A DNA stretch of 57,254 nucleotides, from positions 1-57,254 of the IMG/VR virus record IMGVR_UViG_3300042344_000496; one strand, written 5' to 3'. Below are positions 18,970-28,753 of the stretch, in pieces. Position 1 is the first letter of the stretch. Each line of letters starts with the position of its first letter. The translations under genes were made by a program, and so were the position numbers. The DNA is from a virus. Its lineage: Duplodnaviria > Caudoviricetes. The notes beneath the pieces are model-generated. The model searched no databases and was not told the DNA's origin. It saw only the letters and a program-made list of their open reading frames with translations.

Positions 18970-21288
18970 ATGGCAGACATATGTACAAATTTTACAGTTC
19001 CTATCGATTTGAATCCAAAATTTGATATTATATGGTCTTTTGATTATTGTATTTTAGGTGAAGTAGATTCATCTGCTGGATTTACAACATTTCTCTATCA
19101 AAAAGGTGGAGACTTAAATCAAGGTGGTGAATATTCTTCATTAGGATATGGTCCAACTTCATCAAAACAAGGTATGAGTGGTGGTTATGTCTGTATAGCA
19201 TTAGATTCGGATGATCTTTTTTCAAAACCATTAAATAGACCAGCGTATGCACCATTTATAAAAAAACAACCAAGAAGTGGAACTGCTCCATTAGATTTAA
19301 CTGTAGAAGTTAAAGGAACTGCTCCATTAAGTTATCAATGGTATAGAAATGGTGATGCAATTCTGGGAGCAACAAATCCATCATATAGAGCATTAATAGA
19401 TGGAATGTATAGAGTACAAATCAGCAATTCTGTAGGCAGCATAAAATCTAATGAAGTATATGTTGTAGCATACCCATTTGTAAAAAGACAACCAATCGGT
19501 GGAGATTATCCCAAAACACTTTCTTTGGAATTAACTGGGACACCACCATTCGAATATCAATGGTATAAAAATGGTGTAGAAATTGATGAAGATGGCGACA
19601 AAGAAAATTTATTTACTTCAGAAGAAGGAGACTATAAAGTTAAAATAACTAATTTTGCTGGAAGTATTTTTTCAAATATTGCTACAGTAACAATTCCAAT
19701 AATATCACCAACAATACTAATACATCCTACTAATGGTTATCCTAATAAAACATTGACAGTTACAGCTAGTGGAACTGAACCATTTATATATGAATGGTAT
19801 AAAAATGGTGCATTAATATTTGGAGAATCTACATCTTCTTATAAAGCTACTGTTGAAGGACGATATAAAGTAAAAGTAAGTAATATATCAGGATTCCAAT
19901 ATTCAAATGATGCTCTCATAACAACTGCTCCAGTAGCCCCAACAATAACATTGCAACCAATAGGTGGTGAAGTTCCAATAGAACTTACTGTAAATGCTGT
20001 AGGAACTGCTCCATTAACGTATAAATGGATAAAGGATGACTTAATTACAGTAGGTAGTAATAAAAATTATCTAGCTACAGATGGTGCTAAATACAAAGTT
20101 GTAGTAAGTAATTTTGTCGGATCTGTGACTTCGAATTCTGTTGATGCTACTAACATACCACCATTACCAATAATTGTAACACATCCAGAAAGTGGTAATC
20201 TGCCAAAAGAATTGTATGTTGCAGCAACTAGCATTATCGACATAACATATCAATGGTATAAAAATGGAAATATAATTATCGGTGCTACAAATAACACATA
20301 TACACCAACAACTACAGGAACTTACAAAGTATCTGTAACAAATACTACTGGAACAGTTTATTCAAATGATGCAGTAGTTTCTCCAGCTGTTGCTGTAAGT
20401 ATAGTTTCATTTACTGGACCGGAATATTTTAATGAATCAGCAACTATAAATCCATCAGCAAATACTTATATAATAGAATTTGATAGATTAGTTAAACTTA
20501 AAGATAATAATTTTAAACAAGCATTTGCGGATAAAAATGTTAATGTTAAAAATATTATTCCAATAGATGCTTCTGGAGGGTTAGCAAAAAAATATAAAAT
20601 AGAAACCTTACGTTTAGATGAAAAGATACCATCTTATGGACTGTTAAATGTTAAAGAAGCTGAAATGACACCTACTAATAAATTTAAATTAGTGGCAAGT
20701 GACAAAATTAAAAATTTAAATGAAATAAATTTGAATTATAAAATTCATAATATACCACCAACTACATCTCCAAATATTGATCTATTAAATGTTGGATCAA
20801 ATAGTTTAATTAATTTAGGAAGCTGTATTAATAGTGATCACTACACAGATCCTTATATCAAAGGGCATTCTATAATTTTCATAAATACAACAAAATTAAA
20901 TTATCTATCAAAACTATCTAGATTTGATTCAGATGATAAAAAATCGACAACAATACTTTGGGAAGGTGTTTTCGAATATGATGGTAAAAATACAGAAGTT
21001 AATATGATTTGGGAATGTACAACATTCAAAGATTATCCATATAGATTTGAAATTAAAACACATCCTGAAAAATGGATTAAGAAAAAAATAGACGACAAAT
21101 ATCCACTAAATCAAATTAGGAAAACTGCTTCAGATGCAGCATATTTAAACTTTGATTTTGATGCTGGCAAATCTTATACAATAGAATATTGCTATTCAGT
21201 ATCAATACCAGAAAATATTTGCGAAGATCAATATGGCACTACAAATATTGCATACTCAAAAGCTGCAACATCTTTAGTTTTTAAATAG
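18970..21288 (+). CDS. Multi-Ig-domain virion protein with an N-terminal half of an L-type lectin-like domain
   Basis: Five P.I..QP / YQWY[KR]NG / G.Y.V.VSN..GS..SN repeats; TATAAATA at 18956-18963. Confidence 0.75.
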   Translation: MADICTNFTVPIDLNPKFDIIWSFDYCILGEVDSSAGFTTFLYQKGGDLNQGGEYSSLGYGPTSSKQGMSGGYVCIALDSDDLFSKPLNRPAYAPFIKKQPRSGTAPLDLTVEVKGTAPLSYQWYRNGDAILGATNPSYRALIDGMYRVQISNSVGSIKSNEVYVVAYPFVKRQPIGGDYPKTLSLELTGTPPFEYQWYKNGVEIDEDGDKENLFTSEEGDYKVKITNFAGSIFSNIATVTIPIISPTILIHPTNGYPNKTLTVTASGTEPFIYEWYKNGALIFGESTSSYKATVEGRYKVKVSNISGFQYSNDALITTAPVAPTITLQPIGGEVPIELTVNAVGTAPLTYKWIKDDLITVGSNKNYLATDGAKYKVVVSNFVGSVTSNSVDATNIPPLPIIVTHPESGNLPKELYVAATSIIDITYQWYKNGNIIIGATNNTYTPTTTGTYKVSVTNTTGTVYSNDAVVSPAVAVSIVSFTGPEYFNESATINPSANTYIIEFDRLVKLKDNNFKQAFADKNVNVKNIIPIDASGGLAKKYKIETLRLDEKIPSYGLLNVKEAEMTPTNKFKLVASDKIKNLNEINLNYKIHNIPPTTSPNIDLLNVGSNSLINLGSCINSDHYTDPYIKGHSIIFINTTKLNYLSKLSRFDSDDKKSTTILWEGVFEYDGKNTEVNMIWECTTFKDYPYRFEIKTHPEKWIKKKIDDKYPLNQIRKTASDAAYLNFDFDAGKSYTIEYCYSVSIPENICEDQYGTTNIAYSKAATSLVFK

Positions 21289-21303
21289 TATATAAATAAA
21301 GAT

Positions 21304-22176
21304 ATGCCTCCTTCATTAACCGTAAGAGCTAGAAGTATAGATGATGTTGATGATCCATTTCAACTCATAGAAACTAGCCCATTATCATCTTATGATATTA
21401 ATGGAATAACTAGGTCAGAAATATATACAAGATTGAAATTTTGTTTAACAGACTCTGGTAATACTCTATATCTTTATTTATTAGATAAAGGTACTAATGA
21501 ATACAATCTAATAAAACAAATAAAACCTAAAATGAATCTAGATTATGATCCATTAAATCCATTATTGTTAAATGTTGGATTTAGTTTTACCAGTCCATTG
21601 ATTACTGGTAGAAGTAGTGCCAAATGTTTTATTAAAAATGTTAATGTTCAAGGATTGAATAATACTTTAGTTAGTAGTTCATCATCATTTTCTACTCAAA
21701 ATGAAATAGAAGTTAAAACTAAACCATTGATTTTAATACATCCCATCGGAGGAAACTCTGCTAAAATGTTGACAACATTAGTTGTAGGAAGTGAACAAGT
21801 AAAATATAAATGGTATAAAAATAATGTTCTTATTGATGGAGCAGATTCTTCAAATTATTATGCTCAAGATTATGGGATATATAAATTAGTAGCTACTAAT
21901 TTAATGGGCAGTGTAACTTCAAATGAAGCAGAAATAAAGCAAATCGTCATCAATATTCCAACAATCATAACACAACCAACTGCTGGAACAACTCCAGCAT
22001 ATTTAACAGTAACAGCAGACGGAACTATGCCATTAAATTATCAATGGTATAAAGATAATATACCAGTACCATCTGGTAATTCTTCAACTCTTTATACAAA
22101 CGAAACAGGAAATTATTATGTAGTAGTATCTAATAGTGCTGGTAGTATTAATTCTAATACTGTGAATGTAACTTAA
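21304..22176 (+). CDS. Protein with a C-terminal half of an L-type lectin-like domain plus two Ig domains
   Basis: LNVGFSFTS strand; two Y.WYK Ig repeats; TATAAATA at 21291-21298. Confidence 0.7.
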   Translation: MPPSLTVRARSIDDVDDPFQLIETSPLSSYDINGITRSEIYTRLKFCLTDSGNTLYLYLLDKGTNEYNLIKQIKPKMNLDYDPLNPLLLNVGFSFTSPLITGRSSAKCFIKNVNVQGLNNTLVSSSSSFSTQNEIEVKTKPLILIHPIGGNSAKMLTTLVVGSEQVKYKWYKNNVLIDGADSSNYYAQDYGIYKLVATNLMGSVTSNEAEIKQIVINIPTIITQPTAGTTPAYLTVTADGTMPLNYQWYKDNIPVPSGNSSTLYTNETGNYYVVVSNSAGSINSNTVNVT

Positions 22177-22178
22177 TT

Positions 22179-22424
22179 TTAACGTTTTAATTCACACTTA
22201 ATATCATGTAGCATTGCAGGATATCTTTCTTCGATATATTTCAAGAAAGCTTTTTGCTTCATCCAGACATTAGAAGAATCTTCAATTTTATCATTAGCAA
22301 ATTGATTAACATAATCAACTGCTTCAAGTAAGCAACCCCATCTACAAAACTCTTCAAGAGTCATTGAATCGGATTGCTTGTTTTTTAAATTAATAGAAAT
22401 GTTCATTTTAGTTGATTTTTGCAT
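22179..22424 (-). CDS. Hypothetical protein
   Basis: ORF filling the space in a minus-strand cluster; true start may be the second Met. Confidence 0.55.
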   Translation of the reverse strand: MQKSTKMNISINLKNKQSDSMTLEEFCRWGCLLEAVDYVNQFANDKIEDSSNVWMKQKAFLKYIEERYPAMLHDIKCELKR

Positions 22425-22804
22425 AAAAATCCTAATAGTGCAGCAGCTATTTCTGATGATCTCGTATTCGATCCCATCAAATCTATAGCTTCCACATCGG
22501 CAATCATGCTATCAAAAATCTTCTTAATAGTCAACTTTTTAATGGAGTTTGTATCCCCATTTATGTTATCACTGATAACATCTTTACAAAGCTTTAAAAC
22601 ACTCTTCAATACATCAGTTCCTGTATTCGCCTTCGTATGATTCATCTTACCATAATTATATGGAGACATTAATGTTTTATCTTGTGATAAAATAAAACTC
22701 TGAATAGTATCTTCAATATTTATGTTTTCAATTTTCTGTTCTTGATATGTTATCGAAGAAGCTACTTCTGTAGCATTATTAATTTCTTGAGATTTAAATT
22801 CCAT
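22403..22804 (-). CDS. Hypothetical protein
   Basis: 133-aa ORF tightly packed in an operon. Confidence 0.6.
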   Translation of the reverse strand: MEFKSQEINNATEVASSITYQEQKIENINIEDTIQSFILSQDKTLMSPYNYGKMNHTKANTGTDVLKSVLKLCKDVISDNINGDTNSIKKLTIKKIFDSMIADVEAIDLMGSNTRSSEIAAALLGFLCKNQLK

Positions 22805-22806
22805 AA

Positions 22807-23241
22807 TTATTGACTTTGTTGAATTTCACTAATAATTCTAGAATAGACCTCAGCGAACTTTTCGTCTTCTCTTTCTAAATTCACTGGGTCCGTTGATAAA
22901 AAACTTTTCACTTGTACATCAACAGCAATCTTTCTATCACAATCTTGACAAGCATACGAATTATCTCCATTAATTTCTATAGGAATAAAATGCCTACATG
23001 CTCTATCACAAGGACATGTTATCTCACATCCTTGTTTGGAATACTCCTTTAGTCTTTCGTTATAAACTTTTTCGTATCTCTCTCTTATAAAATCCTTATA
23101 AACATTATAAATGATAGTCTGAACTACTGTAGTAAATACAAAATATTTTGTAAATCCAATCCAATCATTGGATAATAAAAATGCTACACTACCACTTATT
23201 GTAAGTAGAGTCAGCAATGACTTAACTAATTTATTAGGCAT
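22807..23241 (-). CDS. Membrane protein with a putative Zn-binding domain
   Basis: Two N-terminal hydrophobic segments; CPC..C and CQDC motifs; sigma70-type promoter upstream. Confidence 0.6.
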   Translation of the reverse strand: MPNKLVKSLLTLLTISGSVAFLLSNDWIGFTKYFVFTTVVQTIIYNVYKDFIRERYEKVYNERLKEYSKQGCEITCPCDRACRHFIPIEINGDNSYACQDCDRKIAVDVQVKSFLSTDPVNLEREDEKFAEVYSRIISEIQQSQ

Positions 23242-23247
23242 GTATCT

Positions 23248-23275
23248 ATTTTATAACAAATAGAGATATAGTCAA
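23248..23275 (-). promoter_or_regulatory. Sigma70-type promoter
   Basis: TTGACT-N16-TAAAAT-N6-ATG. Confidence 0.6.
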
Positions 23276-23276
23276 C

Positions 23277-23642
23277 CTATTTTTGGGTATCGAACTCGTC
23301 TAATAAAGTTATTAAACCAATAAGACTTCTTAGTAAATCATCTAACTGTTCTTTGGATTTTTCTATAACAACTTTACCTGTACGTTTTAACGATTTATTA
23401 GATTCAGCTTGTTCGTATTTTTTTCTAAGTTGAAGAGCAGCTGCATATAAATCACCTACATCTTTAACAACAAAGTTCAATTCATGAGGCAATAATGTTG
23501 TATTAACTGATACGAAATCAGCATCACTAGTGGGTACTTTAATCTTCTGTAATGGGTCATCTTTTGATCCGGGTCCAACACCACTTACTGAACGATTAAC
23601 GTCCATCATCTGTTGATCTTCTGACAAAATTCTTCTCTTCAT
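23277..23642 (-). CDS. Hypothetical late protein
   Basis: TAAATA-N8-ATG; N-terminal RILSE. Confidence 0.6.
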   Translation of the reverse strand: MKRRILSEDQQMMDVNRSVSGVGPGSKDDPLQKIKVPTSDADFVSVNTTLLPHELNFVVKDVGDLYAAALQLRKKYEQAESNKSLKRTGKVVIEKSKEQLDDLLRSLIGLITLLDEFDTQK

Positions 23643-23680
23643 TATTAATTTATTTAATCCAAATGCGCTAAATAAAGTAT

Positions 23681-24121
23681 ATGAGTATTAATGCGTATGA
23701 ATCCGCTTTCTTAAAAGTTTTAAGAGAAGAACCAGAGATTGCTCCAGAAGAAATGAGTGACAAAGAAGCTATGGCTCAAACCTTGGATGATGGCACTTCA
23801 CCTGAAGATTTTGATGTTGAAGGTGCTGATACAGCGCAAAAGCATATTGAGGCTACAACTCAAATGCAACAAAAGATGGTTGGAGAATTACAAAGCTGGA
23901 TTACTGAATTAGATAAGTTTTCTAAATTCTTGAACGATCCTAGTAATCCTTCTTCATTACAATCAAGACTCAGAAATGCTATTCCTGATACAATTTTTGA
24001 TAAGATTAGAGTAGCAGAAAACAAAAAGATTGCACGTGTTTCGATGGAAGTAACTTCACTTAACGAAATGTTAAAAGGTTATCTATCATCCTCACAAGAT
24101 CCTAAGTTCAAGGGAGTCTAA
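23681..24121 (+). CDS. Hypothetical late protein, possible head-internal protein
   Basis: TAAATA-N6-ATG; N-terminal YESAFLKVLREE. Confidence 0.6.
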   Translation: MSINAYESAFLKVLREEPEIAPEEMSDKEAMAQTLDDGTSPEDFDVEGADTAQKHIEATTQMQQKMVGELQSWITELDKFSKFLNDPSNPSSLQSRLRNAIPDTIFDKIRVAENKKIARVSMEVTSLNEMLKGYLSSSQDPKFKGV

Positions 24122-25146
24122 CGACAACCACTCAAGCTAACCATAGCTTTTAAACCATTCTGAGAATTGTTTAAGATATATTCGTTTGGTATTTCTATAC
24201 CAGATTTAGAACGAATTATAATATCATTAAAGTCTTTAAACTTCTTACCCAATTCTTTAGGCCAAATAAAAACTGTTTCATTCATCTCTAATAGCTTCTT
24301 AGTTTTATTCTGAGAAGCTGAATCAATCCATTGAGAATCTAATACCCAAATACGTTTCTTAAAATCTAATTTATTAATCTGTTCCTTTTGTTTAGGAGTA
24401 AACAATACATAAGACTTTTCTTGAATACCACCTACAGCTACACCATTCTTACAAAAGAATGAATTGATTGGTCCCTCAAAGATAAAAACATAATCTGAAT
24501 TAGAGTCAATTCTATCAAAGTTAAATAAACTCTTCTCACCATTTTGTTTTGAAATATACTTAGCCATCTTATCAGACTGTAATAAAGTCCTAGACTGATA
24601 GAATAATACTTTACCATCGTCATCATAGAATGGCAGTACTAAACGATTTTTATGTACCCTATCTGTTAATGATACATATAATGCTTTAGGTTTATTAACG
24701 GCAATATCAAGTTTTCTATCCTTGATATACTTTAAGGCTACAGAAACAACAGCATTCGATTTATAGTATTCTACTTGAGTAGAATCAAATAAATTAATTG
24801 AATCTTCTGGTAGAGAAGGTGTCTCAATTCTTTCTGATTGAGTAGAAAATTTATCTTGTTGTAGGATATCATACTTATTATCTTCTAGGTCTTTAATAAG
24901 ATCTCTAGGAGACATTCCAGTAATATCTAACAACCATTTAAAAGTGGGTTTAGAATAACCACAGTTATGACAATATATAAGATTTTTGTCAGGTATATAA
25001 AAGAAACGTTGTTTCTTATTCCAAGAATTGCCTTCTCTGCAATGTGGACAGGAGGCTTGATATTTGTTAGTGCCTATTACCTTTTTAGCTCTCCCACCAT
25101 ACTGGAAGAATTTACAAACAACATACTCTTCTGGCACCAAGATCAT
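24118..25146 (-). CDS. DNA primase, gp61-like
   Basis: Zn finger CPHC...CHNC, RLVLPF, YQSR, KY, TOPRIM FEGP, KDFND. Confidence 0.9.
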   Translation of the reverse strand: MILVPEEYVVCKFFQYGGRAKKVIGTNKYQASCPHCREGNSWNKKQRFFYIPDKNLIYCHNCGYSKPTFKWLLDITGMSPRDLIKDLEDNKYDILQQDKFSTQSERIETPSLPEDSINLFDSTQVEYYKSNAVVSVALKYIKDRKLDIAVNKPKALYVSLTDRVHKNRLVLPFYDDDGKVLFYQSRTLLQSDKMAKYISKQNGEKSLFNFDRIDSNSDYVFIFEGPINSFFCKNGVAVGGIQEKSYVLFTPKQKEQINKLDFKKRIWVLDSQWIDSASQNKTKKLLEMNETVFIWPKELGKKFKDFNDIIIRSKSGIEIPNEYILNNSQNGLKAMVSLSGCR

Positions 25147-25152
25147 AGTAGA

Positions 25153-25181
25153 ATCTTAACAGCACCAGAAGAGTATGTCAA
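25153..25181 (-). promoter_or_regulatory. Sigma70-type promoter of the primase gene
   Basis: TTGACA-N17-TAAGAT (extended TG)-N6-ATG. Confidence 0.8.
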
Positions 25182-25187
25182 TACTTC

Positions 25188-25397
25188 TTAGACGCTACGG
25201 AATTGATAAGTAACGTCTTCTCTCGTTTTTGCATCAAGAACTTTTACGATGCCTTTCTTTAGGAAAGTACCGCTACTTGGATCAATCCAAACTGCTTCTA
25301 CATGGATTTTATCTCCAACTACTGTTTCAGTAATTCTTGGTTGTACTGGATTCCCAGAAATTTGGGATGTAATAATTCTAGGTTGAACAATATTCAT
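25188..25397 (-). CDS. Small hypothetical protein
   Basis: 69 aa; TATAAATA (25403-25410)-N5-ATG. Confidence 0.65.
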   Translation of the reverse strand: MNIVQPRIITSQISGNPVQPRITETVVGDKIHVEAVWIDPSSGTFLKKGIVKVLDAKTREDVTYQFRSV

Positions 25398-25410
25398 AAC
25401 TGTATTTATA

Positions 25411-25791
25411 TTAAAATGGTTCGCTTCCTCCCTTATTATGATTATTATTGCTCATAAAAATCCTATTCAATAATGTAGCTAACCCATCAGCTTGTAGTTG
25501 ATTCTTAGCATTTAAAATAACAACTGGTTCATTATCTACATCATAACCCATAAGAATAAATGCTCCCATATATTCTTCAATTATAGATATTAATGCTTGG
25601 TTATCTACCTTTCTAAGAGCACTTTCTTCTAATAGAGCTTCTTGTAGAGATTCTCTCATAATCTTTTCTACATAATCCATATATTCTTTATCTAAAGAAT
25701 CTTTTTTATTTGTAGCTTTCTTTTTCTTTACTGGAGCCTTCTTCTTTTTTGGTTGATCCTTATCTGGTTGTTTATCATTAGGGATTGTCAT
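25411..25791 (-). CDS. Hypothetical protein; start likely at MTIPND
   Basis: Lys-rich N-terminus and a globular C-terminus; start chosen to minimise overlap. Confidence 0.55.
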   Translation of the reverse strand: MTIPNDKQPDKDQPKKKKAPVKKKKATNKKDSLDKEYMDYVEKIMRESLQEALLEESALRKVDNQALISIIEEYMGAFILMGYDVDNEPVVILNAKNQLQADGLATLLNRIFMSNNNHNKGGSEPF

Positions 25792-26161
25792 TTGAATTGG
25801 CTCTTTCTGGTTTTTGTTTGTAGAATTTATCGGTTTCATTTATTGTTGGTATTCCTCTTTCAACTAATATCTGTACAATGACTTCAATAGATTCTGTACT
25901 AACAGAATAATTTTTAGGGAAGTAATTTCCCCCATCATTAAATTCAAACATTACTTGATTGTTGAAGTCTTTGTTGTGATAACAAGTCAAAAGTATTGAA
26001 GCACCACCGGGGTCAATTAAGACAATCCATTTTCTTGGATCAATGATACTAAACTGCTGAAATACTCTTAAAACTCCATATCCAGAGTCTCTCATTCTCT
26101 TAATGAAATATCCGGGAGTTTTAATCTTATTTTGCTGTCTCTTGTTAATTGTTAATTTCAT
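25778..26161 (-). CDS. Hypothetical protein
   Basis: 127-aa ORF coupled to the sliding clamp stop (ATGA overlap). Confidence 0.65.
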   Translation of the reverse strand: MKLTINKRQQNKIKTPGYFIKRMRDSGYGVLRVFQQFSIIDPRKWIVLIDPGGASILLTCYHNKDFNNQVMFEFNDGGNYFPKNYSVSTESIEVIVQILVERGIPTINETDKFYKQKPERANSNDNP

Positions 26162-26898
26162 TGTTCGTGAGCAGAAGCTACATATTTCAAAATATAGTTA
26201 CTATCAAAAATATCAATTGCAATAACACCGATATTAGTATTTATTGATACACCAACATCATTTGTTTTGTGTCCTGTAATCATTTTAAATAGGTCAAAAG
26301 GAAATGGAATTGAATTTACATTACCACCATCATATGTTTCTGAAATCTTCATACTGAAGACATCAACATTCCTTTTGGTTTTATCATTCAATTCTGCATT
26401 CACTCCAACTCCATCAGTAGAAATATAAATCTTATTACTATTAGTAATGAATGCTGATGACTTAATCAATGATGAAAAGGAATCAGGTTTAACTAAGAAT
26501 TTGGTATCATACTGAAACTCCATAAGCTTCTTAATAGAAACTTTAGGAAGTGGAATATTTGACTCATCTGTTAAGAATAATTTAAACTTATTATTAACTC
26601 CAATATACTCAACATTATTACTATTAATAATTAAGTCTACTGTTTGATCTTGGATCATATCCAAGGCTTTGATGAGCTTTTTAATATCAGAGAATCCTAG
26701 ATTTGTATCATAACCAGTATAACGAATATCATCACACTTAGCATACAGCTTAATATTGTTCTCTGCGTTAACCAAAGAGAAAACGTGTCCGTCACGTAAA
26801 GTGAGCAGACACGTTTCCTGTATTCTAGATATTGGAGTTAAAAACTTACTTACAAAGTTACTTTTGTTCAGCAAGGTTATTTTTTGAGACGTTTCCAT
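26158..26898 (-). CDS. DNA polymerase sliding clamp, gp45-like
   Basis: About 245 aa two-domain beta-rich pattern ending LKYVASA; located in the replication cluster; start likely METSQK. Confidence 0.7.
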   Translation of the reverse strand: METSQKITLLNKSNFVSKFLTPISRIQETCLLTLRDGHVFSLVNAENNIKLYAKCDDIRYTGYDTNLGFSDIKKLIKALDMIQDQTVDLIINSNNVEYIGVNNKFKLFLTDESNIPLPKVSIKKLMEFQYDTKFLVKPDSFSSLIKSSAFITNSNKIYISTDGVGVNAELNDKTKRNVDVFSMKISETYDGGNVNSIPFPFDLFKMITGHKTNDVGVSINTNIGVIAIDIFDSNYILKYVASAHEQ

Positions 26899-27226
26899 AC
26901 TGTTGTGAGAGCATATCATATATGCCTTTCAACGTATTGTCAATGCCAATTACAGCACTAACTAATTCTTTAGGAAACCCTACACTACTAGACATCTGCT
27001 CCTTAGCATATGATTGTTCAGCTACAGTAGTATGTTGAGCAAATAAATCAGGATTTCTACTGATATCTTCAACAGCCCTTTCAGCTAGTTTAGTAAACTC
27101 TTCCCTCTTGGGTTGTAGGTGCGATTTAGCACCTACAATATTACTATCTACTTGAGTAACTTCCCTGTAAATATTTCCTAGGAAATTAAGTACAGCCGAC
27201 CTTGTTTCATATTCTTCTCTTGTCAT
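26858..27226 (-). CDS. Hypothetical protein
   Basis: 122-aa ORF between gp32-like and gp45-like genes. Confidence 0.6.
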   Translation of the reverse strand: MTREEYETRSAVLNFLGNIYREVTQVDSNIVGAKSHLQPKREEFTKLAERAVEDISRNPDLFAQHTTVAEQSYAKEQMSSSVGFPKELVSAVIGIDNTLKGIYDMLSQQYGNVSKNNLAEQK

Positions 27227-27230
27227 ATTA

Positions 27231-28109
27231 TTACTTGCTCTTAATTACGTCTTCGATAAGTTCATCAATTCCAAAATCATCTACATCTGGAACTTCTGAC
27301 ATATCATTACTTTTACTCAATGATTCAAATACTTCATCTTCTTCAATTTCACGCTTTGCCTTCGAAGAAGTACTAGAAGATTGTGATTCTTCTTGCTTAT
27401 TATTGCTAATACACAAGAAATGAGTATTCCAGAATTCTTTAATTTCTTCTTCTGTCTTAGATTGAATGATAGAAGTAAGATCATATACAGAATCTTGAAT
27501 CTGAAGAATCTTATCTTTACCCAATCCCAAATCTGATGGACCAGAGAAACGACTACTAGTATAAACTGTATATGGCCCTTGCTTCTCAGCTTTAAGCTTG
27601 AAGTTAACACCATTCTCAGTCAAATCAAATACACGCTCACCAAACTCATCACTATCTTCACCATGTACAGCAGCTTCAATAATTTTATTAAGCTGACGAC
27701 CATAACGAAGAATCTTTACTGTTCCATTGTTTTCTGGATTTTCTGGATCATCCACAACATAAACGTTAACTGCCCAGTACTCATTCCACTTAACCTTCTC
27801 TGCCTTTTCCTTAAGAAGTTCATTCTCACCCTTCTTAATCTTTAGACGCTCGGTTCCAATTGGATCACGCTTACCAAAGGTTTGAAGAGAAATGATAGAT
27901 ACATAATCTCCAGTGCTGAAGCTATCCCAGCCATGAGAATAATAATGGAAGAATGTTGAGGAACCATCCTTAACATTTGGAATAAGACGAAGCACATAAG
28001 TCTTACCAGCCTTTGGCTTCAAAATGTTTTTATATACTGAGTTTCCACCATCACCAGACGCTTTGCTCAGAGATTCCCTAATTGATTTGAATATTTCAGA
28101 TGTATACAT
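27231..28109 (-). CDS. Single-stranded DNA-binding protein, gp32-like
   Basis: LRLIP, HYYSHG, NVYVVDDPENPENNGTVKILRYG, FDLTENGVNFKL, Y.SS.F, acidic C-terminal tail. Confidence 0.9.
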   Translation of the reverse strand: MYTSEIFKSIRESLSKASGDGGNSVYKNILKPKAGKTYVLRLIPNVKDGSSTFFHYYSHGWDSFSTGDYVSIISLQTFGKRDPIGTERLKIKKGENELLKEKAEKVKWNEYWAVNVYVVDDPENPENNGTVKILRYGRQLNKIIEAAVHGEDSDEFGERVFDLTENGVNFKLKAEKQGPYTVYTSSRFSGPSDLGLGKDKILQIQDSVYDLTSIIQSKTEEEIKEFWNTHFLCISNNKQEESQSSSTSSKAKREIEEDEVFESLSKSNDMSEVPDVDDFGIDELIEDVIKSK

Positions 28110-28111
28110 AG

Positions 28112-28753
28112 TTAATTGATATTTTTAATATTATTGATTTTATTGTTAATTAATTGTTTTAATTTAATTGATTTGCTGAACTTGATACTAGCTCTAGATA
28201 AGACTTCAAAGAAATTGTCGTCAAACCAAAGTGATATCAAATCTTCACTTATTGACTTTATCACCTTCTCACCATCTTTCAAGCAAAAAATGAAATAGAT
28301 TGGTATCTTTCCATCTTTTAAATGTAATAGGATTGAATGCGACAAACCTTCACAATGATGAGCATAGTCATCAATGGTTATCTTCTTTTCAGAGATAAAA
28401 TTTTCTACAAACTTAAAAGACTCTTCAGCCTTCTCTAACATAATATCAGAATCAGGTTCAGAACTCAAAAGTTGTTTGAGATATAAATCGTAAGCTTTAA
28501 TAGCTCTTCTAGTTAGATAAAATTTAAGATCGAAATATTGTTCGTCTTTAAATATGATATAAGGTGCTGATAAAAAGTCTTTTACATTAATGTTTCTAAA
28601 TTCTTCAAAGAATGTATTAAGCCTTTTTAGCAGTTCTACTTTTTCCTTTTCCAGTTCTTGGAAGTCTTGCCGCAACCGGAACGGCTTTCCTCGTAGTTTT
28701 CGTGACAACGACAGGTGTTCGTTGTATAGATATTTTTCGAAATTCGTGAGCAT
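28112..28753 (-). CDS. Hypothetical replication-cluster protein, possibly a gp59-like helicase loader
   Basis: 213 aa, basic and helical, immediately upstream of gp32 as gene 59 is in T4; no motif confirmation. Confidence 0.4.
   Translation of the reverse strand: MLTNFEKYLYNEHLSLSRKLRGKPFRLRQDFQELEKEKVELLKRLNTFFEEFRNINVKDFLSAPYIIFKDEQYFDLKFYLTRRAIKAYDLYLKQLLSSEPDSDIMLEKAEESFKFVENFISEKKITIDDYAHHCEGLSHSILLHLKDGKIPIYFIFCLKDGEKVIKSISEDLISLWFDDNFFEVLSRASIKFSKSIKLKQLINNKINNIKNIN

Noticed and set aside
18970-22176. Diversity-generating retroelement targeting the Ig or lectin genes
   Set aside because: No reverse transcriptase and no template/variable repeat pair seen; the Ig repeats are broadly diverged
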